From Takakia lepidozioides (taxonomy: Eukaryota > Plantae > Bryophyta), in NCBI GenBank assembly GCA_030704615.1, contig CM060733.1, forward strand, positions 20,274,001-20,338,000: a stretch of DNA of 64,000 nucleotides, written 5' to 3'. Every line of letters begins with the position of its first letter. The stretch's first letter is position 1. Below the pieces are notes generated by a model. That model worked only from the letters and a program-made list of their open reading frames with translations, made no database searches and was not told the DNA's origin. The translations under genes were made by a program, and so were the position numbers. Positions 1-12,421 of this stretch are shown piece after piece.

Positions 1-1190
1 AATCAACACCTCTCCACTTCACACACAAATGGATCTCAAAGGCCTTCACCTCTTGCTAGTTCAAGAGCTCCCCTTCTCAAACTTGAACTTACAAACTCAA
101 GCGAGCATGCTCCACACATGCACCACTTGCTTGGTCAACTATCCACCACAAAGCTCGCACTACCAAGAGCATGAATAGCCAAGTATTGCCTCCCCCTCTT
201 GTCACATTACATAGTTAGGGTGAAGCTTTGCATACATTGAATGATGATTTCCCTTCAAAGATTTCCCACCACATGTTCTCCAAGCCCTTCCAATGGCACC
301 CTAAGCTTGGCTCCACACCACCATGATTGGAAGATTTCTTCACATGCTCCCTTTCAAAACCTCTTGAGCTTCTTAGTGCTCTCCAAGTGCTTGCCCTTGT
401 TGTCTTCAAGCCCAAGCATATATAGCTCATTGGCTTTTCTTCCACAACATCCACACTTTGAACTTGCTTAACCCTAGCTTGATAGTGAAATGAGCACTAA
501 CAAGCCTTTAGTCACTCTCCACAAGCCATGGCGCACACCATCGACTCCATAATGCATACAAAGGATTCTCAAACCCTAGAATCTATGCTTCCACACACAC
601 AAGACTTCCTCCTTACAATCCTTGCAAAATCTTGTGACTCAAGAGCTTTCTTCTCAAGCTCTCCAACTCCTTGGTGCATGCAATACTCGAGCACCTTTCC
701 TTGCAACCCCTTGCAAGCCTTGTGATACAAGAGCTAAAATTCTCCTAGCTCTCAACCTCTTTAAAATACAAGTGCAAAACTAATCCTTACACTCCGCACT
801 CACAAGCATAAGGTGATCTTCTTGTAGTGATAAGAGATGAGAAATGAGAGAAGTAGAAGACAATGAAAGCTCTCAAAGCATGAAGCAATCACATGAAGAA
901 CAAGCCCTAGTCCTTCCAAGTGAAATCCACTCTATCACATAAACTAAGTCAAGCCAAGGGCACCTGTGCTAAAGGAATCCACCCTACAAAGCCCTTAACA
1001 CGCTCCCTCTCAATACCTAGAGCTATGGAGGTGAGAGAAGCTCATGGAGGCTCAACTACAAGAAGATGAGCCTCCTCAACACTCACAAGGGGAAAACCTA
1101 TCTCCATGTCTCAAGTGAGGCTCGACACCTCACTTGGCATATGAGACCAAATGAAGTCCCAACACACAAAATATAAATATAAATATCTAA
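1..1190. repeat. C/A-rich low-coding segment, probable LTR-retrotransposon non-coding remnant
   Basis: Strong CA skew with recurrent CAAG/CTCAA motifs and no credible ORF. Abuts the Gypsy 5' region. Family not identifiable by eye. Confidence 0.3.
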
Positions 1191-2818
1191 AATGTCCTAG
1201 TTAACTAGAAGTAGGTAATTCTAGATAACCATGACTAAAACCATGACAGTGCAGTAGAACTGCAGGTACACCAAGTTTATCAAGTTGTGTATTTTCAGAT
1301 TGTTTTTGTGAGCTTCATGAAGAAAAGGGAGCTTGTTGGGCAGCATATAGCTTGTTTGTTGAGTTGGAGGCACTTCTAGTGGGCCGTGAGAGCTCAGGAG
1401 TGCAGGGCGACGGGGCTGATGGCTCCGCAAAAGCCATAGCTCGTCGGCAGCAGGTGTTGGAGCAAACCCCAGCTCGGGAACGCGTGGGAACGCCCCGGGA
1501 ACTCATGGGAACTCGTTGGGAGTTCCAGGGAACGCAAGAAATAGTGGTCGTGATGGGCCGTTGGGGCGGTATCACGAGATACCACGAGCCCAGACCGTGA
1601 CCATTGACCGTGACCGTTGGCCGTGACCATTGGAAGTCGTGGTGTGGACACAACGGGTGGGCACGGTGACCAGATCGTGGGGATGGCAGGCCGTGAAGGC
1701 TCGTGGGAGTGGTACCACGGGGTATCACTTGGCAGCCCGTGGCCAACGAGCGCCTAGGGCGGGCCGTGGGGAGTAGTGGCGGTTGGAGCCACGGAAGGCC
1801 TCGAACAGTTAGAGTGAAAAAAAAAAAAAAAAATCTTTTTCACTCGTTTCGTGGGACCTTGATGGGGAGGCTGGGCTCTGAAGAACAACGGTTTTGAGCT
1901 AGCTGATCCGGCAGAAAAGTCGGAATTGCCTCCCTGTTGCGTTTTAACAAAATGGATTACTTCCCTGCAAGTAATCTTTTTTGGGTTTTCAGCCCAATTC
2001 TTAACTATGGGGAAGACCATCCTGCAGGTAATTCCTTTGGACAGAATGTTGTTGGGGCCTATATGTACCTCTATTTGCTCCATTTTTTAACCTTCAGTGA
2101 ACGGTGTGGTTTCCTGAGGTGGTTCCATTCGGAGGAATGGCTGGTGGACGTAAGGAGGCACTGGCGGACCCTGTGAAGGCTTGCATGGGGCCTTGGATGC
2201 CAAGTTTCATGAGCTCGTGGAGGGCGGTTTGAGGAGTGTCTACAGGATGCTTTCATGGTCATGCAAGTGAGAGAAGAGAGGAAAAAAAAGGGTATTGGGA
2301 CGAGAGCGTGCTTGGGATAGCATTGCTTTAGCTTCTCTTCCTCGTAGCTTTTCACCTTCTCTGTAGGCCGAGACCTTTATGTAAGTGGAGGCAAGAGTCA
2401 GTCCGGGTTTGGGCTGGGTTGTAGGAGCGACACTGTGGAGTTGTTTTTGGTGTGGGGGAGTTGTTGTTTTCATTCTTGTGTTTGGATCCCCTCCACACCT
2501 GCATGCTTGATTGTGCGCCATGCTAGTTTTGTGTGGGCGTTTGATTTTATAGGTGGTTGACTCGGGCTTGATCGCCGATCCAACCCTAGAGCAGGCTGTC
2601 GATGTTGAGGCTGGGTTGATGACCAGTCAGACCATCTTTGTTTCTCCTGTGGTGAGGTTGGAGGTGATGACCAGCCAACCATAGGAGTGCCTGCGGTGGA
2701 TGCAGGTGCAGGTGCATGCTATGTTAGGAACCTAATATTCCAAACCATAAGCCGCATCAGGTTCTCTACCCGGTTACCTTGTGGAGAGGGGGTTAGAGAC
2801 ATGTTCATGACCGGTTGA

Positions 2819-4404
2819 GTGTCAATTTGTCAACACGGAGGTGTTGCTGGGGAAAGTGCCGGTACGAGCACTAGCGATACTAGCGGGTATACGAGACGAG
2901 GTGTGCGGTTTAGGCCACCTTCACCTCCTGTGTCTTCTACGGAAGGTTCTGATTCGGATTGTGAATCAGGAAAACTCACACCGGCGGTGCAAGTTGTTTC
3001 CTTGCCATTGTTGTGGGACACGATGGAGGAGATGTATGGAGCCACCAAGGGGCTACGAAGGTACTCTGGGGCGGTGGGCACCATTGAGTTGGATGATTTT
3101 ATCCAAGAGTTTGATAGTTGGTGTGACTTGCAGCAAATGCGCAATCCACAACTGTTTACGCCTTTGATGGCATGGAAGGGGCTGTTTTAGCACCTTGAGG
3201 GGCCGCCCATGGACGATTACCATGAGTTTAGGCGGGGGCACGATGTTGAGATCGGGGAGTGGAGGATGTACTGGTCACCCGACTATGTCTCCATCACTAG
3301 AGGCACTAGAGGGACAAGGGCAGCAGCCATACCGGTAGCTGCACCGGCAGCTTCCACGAGCAGCAGTGGGATTAGTGGTACAACAACTACGACGGCCACC
3401 CAAGCTACTGCTACACCAGCACCAGCGGCGGTGCCTGCTTTCAACCCCGTTGTGGAGTTCTTTGAAGAGTTGAGAAGGAACTACCAAGGGGTGAGGACAG
3501 AGAAGTTGAGGAGCTTGCAAGAGTTCCAGAGGAAGCCTACTGAGAGCTTGAGGGAGGCTTTCACTCGCATGAGGCGTTTGATAAATGTAACCCAAGGGGT
3601 TACGGAGGCTCAGGCAGTCCAGTTCTGGTACGGGATATTGGACAAGGAGCTGAGGAGAAGGGTGCGGGTGCAACTCTCCTACAAGCGGCCCAACCCACCT
3701 TAGCAAATGTGTTTTTGCTGGCGGAGCGGATAGAGCTCAACATGGTGGAGGAACGAGTGGTCATGGTGGGATTTGCTAAGGAGGCACCATGGGGTAGTGG
3801 AGCTCCTAGCCAGCCACTACCTCAACGTGCTCAAGGCAGCAAGGGAGCTCAGGTGAAGCCCAGGGAAGAACAGAGAGGACCTCAGATGCAAGGGTCTCTC
3901 CCTTCATTTGTAAGCCAACAACGGGCGGATGTGGTGTGCTGGACATGTGGAGGACCCCATATCAAGAAGGATTGCCCAGAGGGAGGCAATGGTTTGGCAC
4001 TGGCACAGCCTGCACAGTTGCAGTGTGGGCATTGTGGCAAGTGCGGGCATGGAGAGGCCCAGTGCTATGGTTTGCATCCTGAGTTGCGCCCAGGCCAGTT
4101 CCAAAGGAACAATGGTGGTCGGGGGCGAGGTGGAGCAGCCCAGAAAGGACGAGGTGGCCAGGCACAAGGTGCAGGCCAAGGGCAAGCTCAACATGGCCAA
4201 GGACGTGGTGACCAAGGCATGGCCAACCGGCTTCAGCAGCTAGAGCAAAGGCTCGCTGCCATGGCCACAGCTCAGGTGGTACCAGCTCCAAGGCCAGATG
4301 GTCCACCTCCTGCTCCTGAGGGAGGATTACGGAGGACAATTGGGAGCCTGACATTGGACCCATTGTCACTAGAGGAGAGAGACGACGTATACGGCGGTTC
4401 CTGA
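2819..4404 (+). pseudogene. Gypsy gag with zinc knuckles, interrupted by stops and frameshifts
   Basis: Retrotrans-gag-like FQRKPTESLREAFTRMRRL. Knuckles CWTCGGPHIKKDC and CGHCGKCGHGEAQC. In-frame TAG at 3188 and a frameshift near 3680-3710. Confidence 0.85.
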
Positions 4405-7373
4405 GGGCTTACAGGAATTGCTTTGCCTTCAGTTTGAAGGATTTGGGAGCACTGAAGGGTCAGGAGATTCGTATTGAGTTGGCCACGGACACGCCAATCT
4501 TTCGGAGACCCTATAGATACAGTGACATGGAGAGGTCTTTGATTCAGATGAGGACTCAAGATCTCTGGGAGGTTGGTTTGGTGGAGCTCTCTGGTGGAGA
4601 ATATGCTTCAGCCACGGTGATGCCAGCCAGGAAGGATGTCTATGGCAATTGGATGGAGAGACGTATGTGCGGTGACTACCGGCCTGTAAATCGTCAGACC
4701 AAGTCTGATAAGTATGCCATGCCCACACCGGAGGAGATCTTTGATGCCATTGGGCATACCAAGGTCTTTAGCACTCTGGACTTGCAGTCTGGATATCACC
4801 AGTTGCCGATCAAGGAGGCGGATAAGCAGAAGACGACATTCTGGGGGATCAATGAGCACGGGAAGGATTGCCTATATCAGTGGCGATTCTTACCATTCGG
4901 GCTTAAGAACGCTCCTACAGAGTTCCAGAGAATCATGGACAGGATTCTAGCAGGGATAGACTTTGCTCGGTGCTACATAGATGACAGCATCATCTTTAGT
5001 ACTACGGTGGAGGAGCACGAGAGACACCTTCAGGTGGTGTTTGAGCGCTTGGGAGCGCACGGATTGAAATTACATCCGGGAAATTCAAGTTTTTCCACAA
5101 CCAGATTGAGTATCTGTGCCACATGATATATCCTGGAGGATTGGGGGTGCAGCAGACTAAGGTAGAGGCCATCGCACAGATTCCACGTCCCACGGATGTG
5201 AGCCGAGTTCGAGCTTTCATGGGGTTGGCAAACTACTATAGACGGTTTGTCAAGGGATTTAGTGCTATTGCAAAGGCTCTAACCAAGCTGACCAAGGTAG
5301 ACCAGGAGTGGCAGTGGGAAGATGAGCAAGAGCGAGCTTTTCAAGAGCTCAAGGCGAGGTTGACCTCGGCGCTGATCTTGAGACGACCTATCAAGGGGCG
5401 TCCCTTTCAGGTGCATACAGATTGGAGCATGCTGGGGCTTGGAGCGGTGCTCACACATGTGGATGATGAGGGAAGAGAGTTTGTAGTGGCTTATGCTAGC
5501 CGCTCGAACAATGCTGCAAAGTCTAAGTATAGTTCATATGAGGGGGAGTGCTTAACTGCAGTGTGGGCCGTGACACACTTCAGGTGCTATCTATACGGCA
5601 ATCTCTTCACCCTTGTCACGGATCACCAGCCACTAAAGTGGTTGATAGAGTCAGACAAGCTTACGGGGAAGCTTGCACGGTGGGCATTTATACTCCAAGA
5701 GTATGACTTTCAGGTTGTGCATCGACCAGGTTTGGTCAAAAGAGTTGCAGATGGATTGAGTTGCAATCCATGCACGAGCCAGCATGATGACACTGGAGCT
5801 CGGTGGCATGGTGAGACGGACGAGGAGATGGTGCCAGGATGGCATGCATCTGCCTTTTTGTGTATCTTGGCATCGGGAGGTCAGGTTGGACCTACAACAG
5901 GGATGATTGTAGACGGAGTGTTTGAGGACCCTGAGGCTAGTGATGAGTCAGGTGGTGCCAGAGATATACATGAGGATTCGGTTGTGTTGGACTACCTCCG
6001 CACTGGAGACACGACAGTTAGTGTGACTGCCAAGGAGAGGGATTGGATCCTGCAACGAGCCAATAGGTTCAAGTGGGAGGGGATACACCTGCTTCGAGTA
6101 TGGGAGGATGGTCAGGTGAGGATCGTGCCTCATCCAACACAACGTGCACGGTTAGTGCGACGCACTCATAGTTTACTGCAGGGGCAGTATTGGTGGCGTG
6201 GTATGCACACAAAAATACAACAGTTCGTGGCTAGGTGCATGGTGTGTGACAATGTGCGTGCTTCATTCAACGCCCCTACACCACAGTTGCATCCATTACC
6301 CATCATGGGATTGGGCTACAGGTGGAGTCTTGACTTCGCAGGGCCGTTGCCATTGACGATGCGCCACCACAGATATGTGTTGGTGATGATGGAGCACTTC
6401 TCCAAGTGGATTGAGTTGGTTCCATTGCCTGACAAGGCTAGTGAGGGGGCTGCATATGCATTCCTGGATCGTGTGCTTAGCCGATTCGGTGCTCCAGCTG
6501 GGGTACTCACGGACTAAGGGAGAGAGTTTCTGAGGGAGTTTCAGGCTTTGTGTGATAAAGCCTTGATAGACCACCGTACCACTTCTCGGGATCATCCTGA
6601 GGCCGATGGCTTGGCAGAGAGAGTGGTGCAGACGGTGAAGAGGGGTTTGCACAAGTATGGCTTGCAAAAGGGACACCTATGAGATTGGGATCTTCAGGTA
6701 CCTTGGCTAGCCATGGGCTACAGGTTTAGCAAGCAAACATCACTTGCCTCCTTCTCACCATACTTCATTCTCTTTGGCCGAGAGCCAGATTTGCCTGCGT
6801 CTATTCGTAGGGAGGCTGCAGTAGTCCTCAACCTTGATGATCCGGATGTGTGGACACAAGCATGTGCCCAGCGGGCAGAGTTGTTCGAGACAGTCATGCC
6901 TATGGCTTTTGAGAATCTTGATATTGCCCAACACCGAGACACATTGAGGTATGCCACTATATGTGGAGGGGGATATCGGCCAGATGTTTGGCGTTTCCAC
7001 CTTGGGGACTATGTGTATCTGCAGCAGACAGCGCCCACGACCTTGGATGTCACAGCAGGACGTGTGATTCTAAGGGTCAGGGAGGTGTTCGCCTTCAGGA
7101 GTGTTGATTCTGGAGGGTCGAGATGGCATGGTATGGAAGGACCATGTGCGTAATTGTGCGCCATGTCACCTTCCACATGTGAATGTGAGGATAGATCCCA
7201 CCCTTGCAGTGGTATCTGCAGGGTTGCGTTGCATGCTATGTGGGCATGCTCGTGGTGCCGCCACTATGCTGGTGTGTGATCGATGCTCAAGAGGTTGGCA
7301 CATGGGATGCTTGACACCACCTCTTGAGAGGGTTCCTGATGGAGATTGGTTATGTCCACACTGCTTGGGATAG
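4330..7373 (+). pseudogene. Gypsy pol: RT, RNase H, integrase, C-terminal PHD finger; protease missing
   Basis: RT motifs RMCGDYRPVN, LDLQSGYHQ, LPFGLKNAP, YIDD. RNaseH TDWS/EGECL/TDHQPL. Integrase WSLDFAG...LTD*G...DGLAERVV. PHD C4HC3 at 7230-7364. Several stops and frameshifts. Confidence 0.92.
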
Positions 7374-7615
7374 TGGCAGCTCACAAGACATGAGAGGCCA
7401 AGCTCATATGAGTCAATATCCAAGATTTCAGGCTCAAGTTCACATGTTGCAAGACGATGACTAACGATGGGGCAACTCTTGTACCCGATATCTTGATCTA
7501 TCGAGTTTGAGTGTAGTAGGGACAGTGGTGGAGGACTTAGTGAGGCTATGACCACTATCACATCTTGTGACTACCTGGACTTAGAGGGACCTAAACGCCA
7601 GCTAGGGGGGTGATT

Positions 7616-7850
7616 GTGATGGACTAGTGGCTGCACTAGTGGTGGCTAGTGGCAGCCTAGTGATGGACTAGTGGCTGCACTAGTGGTGGATAGTGGCAGC
7701 CTAGTGGATGGACTAGTGGCTGCACTAGTGATTGCACTAGTGGTGGCTAGTGGCAGTCTAGTGGTGGACTAGTGGCTGCACTAGTGGTGACTAGTGGTTG
7801 TCTAGTGATAGCATAGTGGTGCACTAGTGGTGGACTAGTGATAGACTAGT
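7616..7850 (+). repeat. CTAGTGG-rich tandem repeat (~45-bp unit) at the start of the 3' LTR
   Basis: Repeated GTGATGGACTAGTGGCTGCACTAGTGGTGGCTAGTGGCAGCCTA-like units directly after the PPT. Confidence 0.85.
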
Positions 7851-9169
7851 GTTTAGTGTGTACATATGTTATGTGGTTTTGGACAGCGATGTAATTGTGT
7901 AGCGATATGTATGCGCACGACAAACCATTCACTGGAAAAGTTAGAGAGTCTCTACACATGAGCAATAGACAAATCATATTGAACAGCCTAGTAGTGATTT
8001 CGGTTTCTTGACTGGGGTGACATTGATTCTTTTCTACCTTTGTCAAGGGTTGGAGGGAATTTCAAATTGGTGGCTCTTGAATTTATCCCACTGTCTCTCC
8101 AAACAAGAGTTGGGTCCTTGATTCACTTTCATCTAAACCTAAAGGGTCTTTCTTTCTTGGCAATTCCTGGTGGCTGATGGCCCTTAGTCTTGATTGCTGC
8201 TACATGATTGTGTAGCCATAATACATGTTGATCCTTCAATGACAGAGACCAGATATAGACATTCATCCTTCAAATTTGATTATTTGGGAATATCAGTGGA
8301 TTAATGCCACACAATTTCAAAGAATCTGTCAAACTCTTACATTATTCAATCAGAAAGTGCTCCGCATTGAGAAAAAATAGTATATCCTTGAAAAGGAGCT
8401 AACCACAATGAGTACTTACTTCGGGTCTGATAGGAAGTTCAAATAGATGTGGAATCCCGATCTGCTTCACCACCTGATACGCCCCCATCAAAACCACTTA
8501 TGAGATAAACATGGTAGTCAAAATGGGAAGGGTTTAAGATATGGATGGTTTCAAAAGGTTTCACCATGATCCACCCACACTAAAGCCATTGGAGGATGGC
8601 GGTGCATATGAAAACATGAAGGTGGAGTGCATAGCCCACATTCTTGTGCATTTGTTGGTAAAGATATGCTTTGACTCACATTGAGTGATACAATGATGTG
8701 CATACCTTGGAACCCGAGCCCTGGCCAAAAGGTAGTAGCGCTTCCCATTAGCTTTGAAGCAGCACATATTCTCCACTACTGCAATGCACGGAATCTGGGC
8801 ACAAAAAACATCATGCTATCATTTGGCCTTGATTTCTGTTATATCCATGGGGCTGACAGCCAAACCGCTACATCAAGAAACATCTATTCAACTTGCAACA
8901 TGGCTAAGGACCTTAAGGATGATTTGAAGGGCCTAGCTACAATCGGCACTAGACTAAAATCTAAATTGCGGGCGGGAACAATGAACAGATGCAGAGAAGA
9001 AGAGGACAATGCCAATGCGGGCTGTGTGGTCGGCAATATTATTCATTTTTTGACCCTGCTGCCATGACCCGTTTGGGAGCTAGAGGCTAACGTCAATAAA
9101 TATGTTGCGGTGGCATTCAACGACAAAAATCCTTCCATCATAGGTAATCTGGAGCTTGAAATCTGGCCC

Positions 9170-9400
9170 TCTTACACCAACGAGCTAACTTGCAGAATTC
9201 AACATGGACATTTAGAGCTGGTTCTGACAAGATGGAAAAACCGGGTGAAATGTGTTGAAGAAGGTGCCTTCATTAGCAGTGTCTTGTTCTATCAATTGAG
9301 ATGTTGCCGCTGCTATTTTCAGTTGACCATTCGTGGCTGCAATCTCATTGTCGCTAGGTTGTTGTAAATGTAAGGTTCACGATTTTGGGTATCAGATTAC
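9170..9400 (-). pseudogene. Dispersed remnant homologous to the PDF-PPR 5' region at 40.1-40.7 kb
   Basis: CCAACGAGCTAACTTGCAGAATTCAACATG and TGTGTTGAAGAAG match 40150-40245 in inverted orientation. 9290-9335 resembles 40655-40700. Confidence 0.6.
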
Positions 9401-9962
9401 ATAACTGCATTGACCTGTTTCATGGGTTATTTGTGGCAAATGTGATAGCAACTATTTTTATGAAGATTTGATGGAGATTTCATATGTAATTGTTCTGCCA
9501 GATTGATGGAGCTTACGCCATGGCAATGGCCGATCTCCTGACAATCAGCTGTGGGGAGTAGAGGCAGGCAGCAAGAAGCATGAAGTACATGGATAAATGC
9601 ATGGAAGTGACAAGGTAGAAATGTAGATGGAATGTTCTGGATGATAACATATAACATTCATGCAAAGTAGCAATTGCAGTTTGAATTACAGAAGGGAGTT
9701 TTGAATTAACAAAAGGGTAGTAACTACGAGATCCAAAATTTGCTCAAATCAGGTTCAGTGTACGTGCAATAACACCTCTACAAACGTCCAAACGACTAGG
9801 CTATGTATTCAGCAAACTCTCTACTGCAGAGAACAGCTCTTGCACGATTTTAGATCAACTATTTTTGATGATGGGTTATTTGCATCTATGTACAAATCCA
9901 ACCATAGGTCGAACTATCCATAGGAATTTGTGACCACTGGCAGCAATGGCATAATGCCAGCT

Positions 9963-10521
9963 TCACATATTGTTCTTGAATTTCGATTCATCGATATCAA
10001 TTCCTTTCTCTGCGGCAACTTCCCCTCCAGACTGCTCATTCGTTGCAAGCCCACCCTTACGACCCATTTCCTGATAACCTTCCTTCCCCAGCTGCTCAGA
10101 TCGAATCTTTCCTCCCTTGCTACGACCTGCGCATACGCAGCGACTCAATATCCAGCAAATTGTGCGTAAACATTCTACTTCGGACAATACTGTTCACTAA
10201 TCACTTTAAATAACATGGCATGTGCAATTCTAGTACAGTGCGAATCCTGCTCACGAATGAAAATCATAGAATCAACTAATTATCTTTACTTCCCCGATCA
10301 CATTTTTTCAAGCGGCGGCCAGTAACCGTTCCGAATTGTAGTTAAACAATTGCATGGAATTATATATATACCAACATACATATGTCTCTACACGAAATGT
10401 TCATACCCTCAGCCAAGCGCTCCTGAGCATCCAGGCTCAGACCACCGGTACCTCCCTCCACCACAGTTTCGCCGGCGTGAGCTTTGGCATCGAGCTCGCT
10501 CCTTACCGATTTAGACGCCAT
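9963..10521 (-). CDS. Em: Group 1 LEA / Em-like protein (92 aa); exons 10521-10407, 10126-9963
   Basis: [28 protein letters not shown]...[17 protein letters not shown]...GIDIDESKF. The GT-AG phase-1 intron joins the frames. Confidence 0.96.
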
Positions 10522-11171
10522 TGTATTCTCTCTGAGTTCTCTTTCCCTGCACACGAGCTTCGTCTGGGGATTTAAAAGTACACTGACAATAGTTCGTTTA
10601 GAGAAATAGTGTACTCTCAAAAGACGATACAATCGTTTAATCCATCTGTAAATGTGAGAAGCTGACAACTGTTAATCTTCGACCACAACAGCTAGCAAGG
10701 AACTACGTTTCCTCCAGGAAGCACACTGGTTTTAAGTGCAGATGACACTTGAACACAACACTAAACTCTAGCGAATATTTGGACCTTCCGGTAGGAGGAT
10801 CCAGCAAGCACAAGATTAACCGACTCCCATAACCTATCCCTCAAACTACCCTCTTCGTACTTCTCACATCTTGTATATTTAACTCAACCCATACATATCA
10901 ATTGTCATAGCTCGTTCGCTCATGCAGCCTACAAGTAAGACGGGCTGACACTTAGGTACATTACGTCGTAGCCGAGACAATCCAGACACTCTGAGAGCTC
11001 TCAAGTAGTGGCAACGACAATGCAGTCCTGTAACACGCACTCACCTCACGTTTACAATCAAACTCAATAAAAAGGGCCGCACCTGTACTACGCTGATAGT
11101 CTTCTTGGTCTGTACAGAAAGCACTAGTACAGGAAGAGTGTGGTGTGCTGCAGTTGATGGCGGCTCTAGCC

Positions 11172-11400
11172 GTTATATACCCTCCAGCAGCAGGGAGCAG
11201 GCCAGCTGTGTGTCACTCCTCCACTGGTCACAGCCGGTTCACACATGTGGGCCTCCATATATCGGCAAGTGTGCGCTATGGTAACCGGTTATCGCAGGTC
11301 GCAGCCGCGACGTTGCAATTGCTGTTACGCAGCGTCGCTGACATGGGCGCTGCGGCTGCCACGATTCAGTCCACGTGGCGGAGCGCACTGCCACGTGAAG
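11172..11400 (-). promoter_or_regulatory. Em promoter: TATA plus two G-box/ABRE elements
   Basis: Minus-strand TATATAA at ~11173-11179. CACGTG at 11372-11377 and 11392-11397, each within an ACGTGGC (plus and minus strand respectively). Probable 5'UTR intron ~11082-10566. Confidence 0.65.
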
Positions 11401-12421
11401 TGTGTGGGCAGGCTCTGGACGGCTGCTTCAGAGCCCGTCTTTGTTGTTAACCCTAATCTCCGTTCTTCGATCGCTTCTGCAATTTGGCTGCCAGTACAAA
11501 TTAATATATAAATTCATATAAATTCATATAGCTTTGATTTTTGAATAATTGGGAGTTTATGTCGCGGGTGTGGGACCGGGCGCTTGTATGTGGGAACGAC
11601 TGGACTCGGAGCAAGTATGACATGTTGACATCCGAGTTTCAAACGAAAAAGGATGCAGGATTTGGTCAGTGTGGTGCTGGGTATTGAGGGTGACGTGGTT
11701 TGCGTCCGTGTCATGTGCACCCACATGTGCATTGAACCCTGCCAAGCATTTGGCCACATTGTGACTCATGCATTTCATAGAATTTGAGCCTTCTCAGGAT
11801 TTCCGTTGTTAGGTTGTTTTCCGTATGTTGAGATTAGATTGATGATGGGACGCTAATCAATAAACCCGATTGCATATCAAGGATGTCATTGACCAACTGC
11901 ATGTGGCATAACTACTGACATCAAGAGCAACATGACTGGATATTTCAGGATCATGAAGCAGCTAACTGTACTGAATTTCAGTGTGCTATAACAGCATGTT
12001 CATGTCCAGTGTTTATTTTGGACACTTGACTGTTACATGTGATCTCTTTGCACCAGCAAAGTGTGGCAGAGGTAGCATGATGTGAGGGCCACAGCAACAG
12101 CTGGAAGAAACCCCAAACTGTGCAGAAATGCTTGGTGTTCTGCTCTCCAGTTCTTCCAAACAGAAAAGAATATATGAACTACCTGCCAGCCATTTATCAA
12201 TGTTTTGTTTATAACCTTAATTGGCGGACTAGAGCAAAAATAAAATATAGCTATTTGAACCTGCCTGGCTGCTTGAGTAACCTCAACTGCCTCAACAGAG
12301 TTCTAGGAGAGCCAATGACCCAGCTGTTCACACAGCTGCTAAGCTGCGTAGTTCGAGAAAACCACAACTTGCAGTGTATGCACACACAGCACAATGTGAG
12401 CTTTGAAGCAACTGGAGCTCC

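Larger units (their letters stand above)
1200..7922 (+). mobile_element. Degenerate Ty3/Gypsy LTR retrotransposon (gag-RT-RNaseH-integrase-PHD)
   Basis: Domain order gag, RT, RNaseH, INT is Gypsy-type. PPT-like AGGGGGG at 7604-7610 is followed by TG. Candidate 5' LTR end ...GCATCA at ~2759. The outer boundaries are uncertain. Confidence 0.85.
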
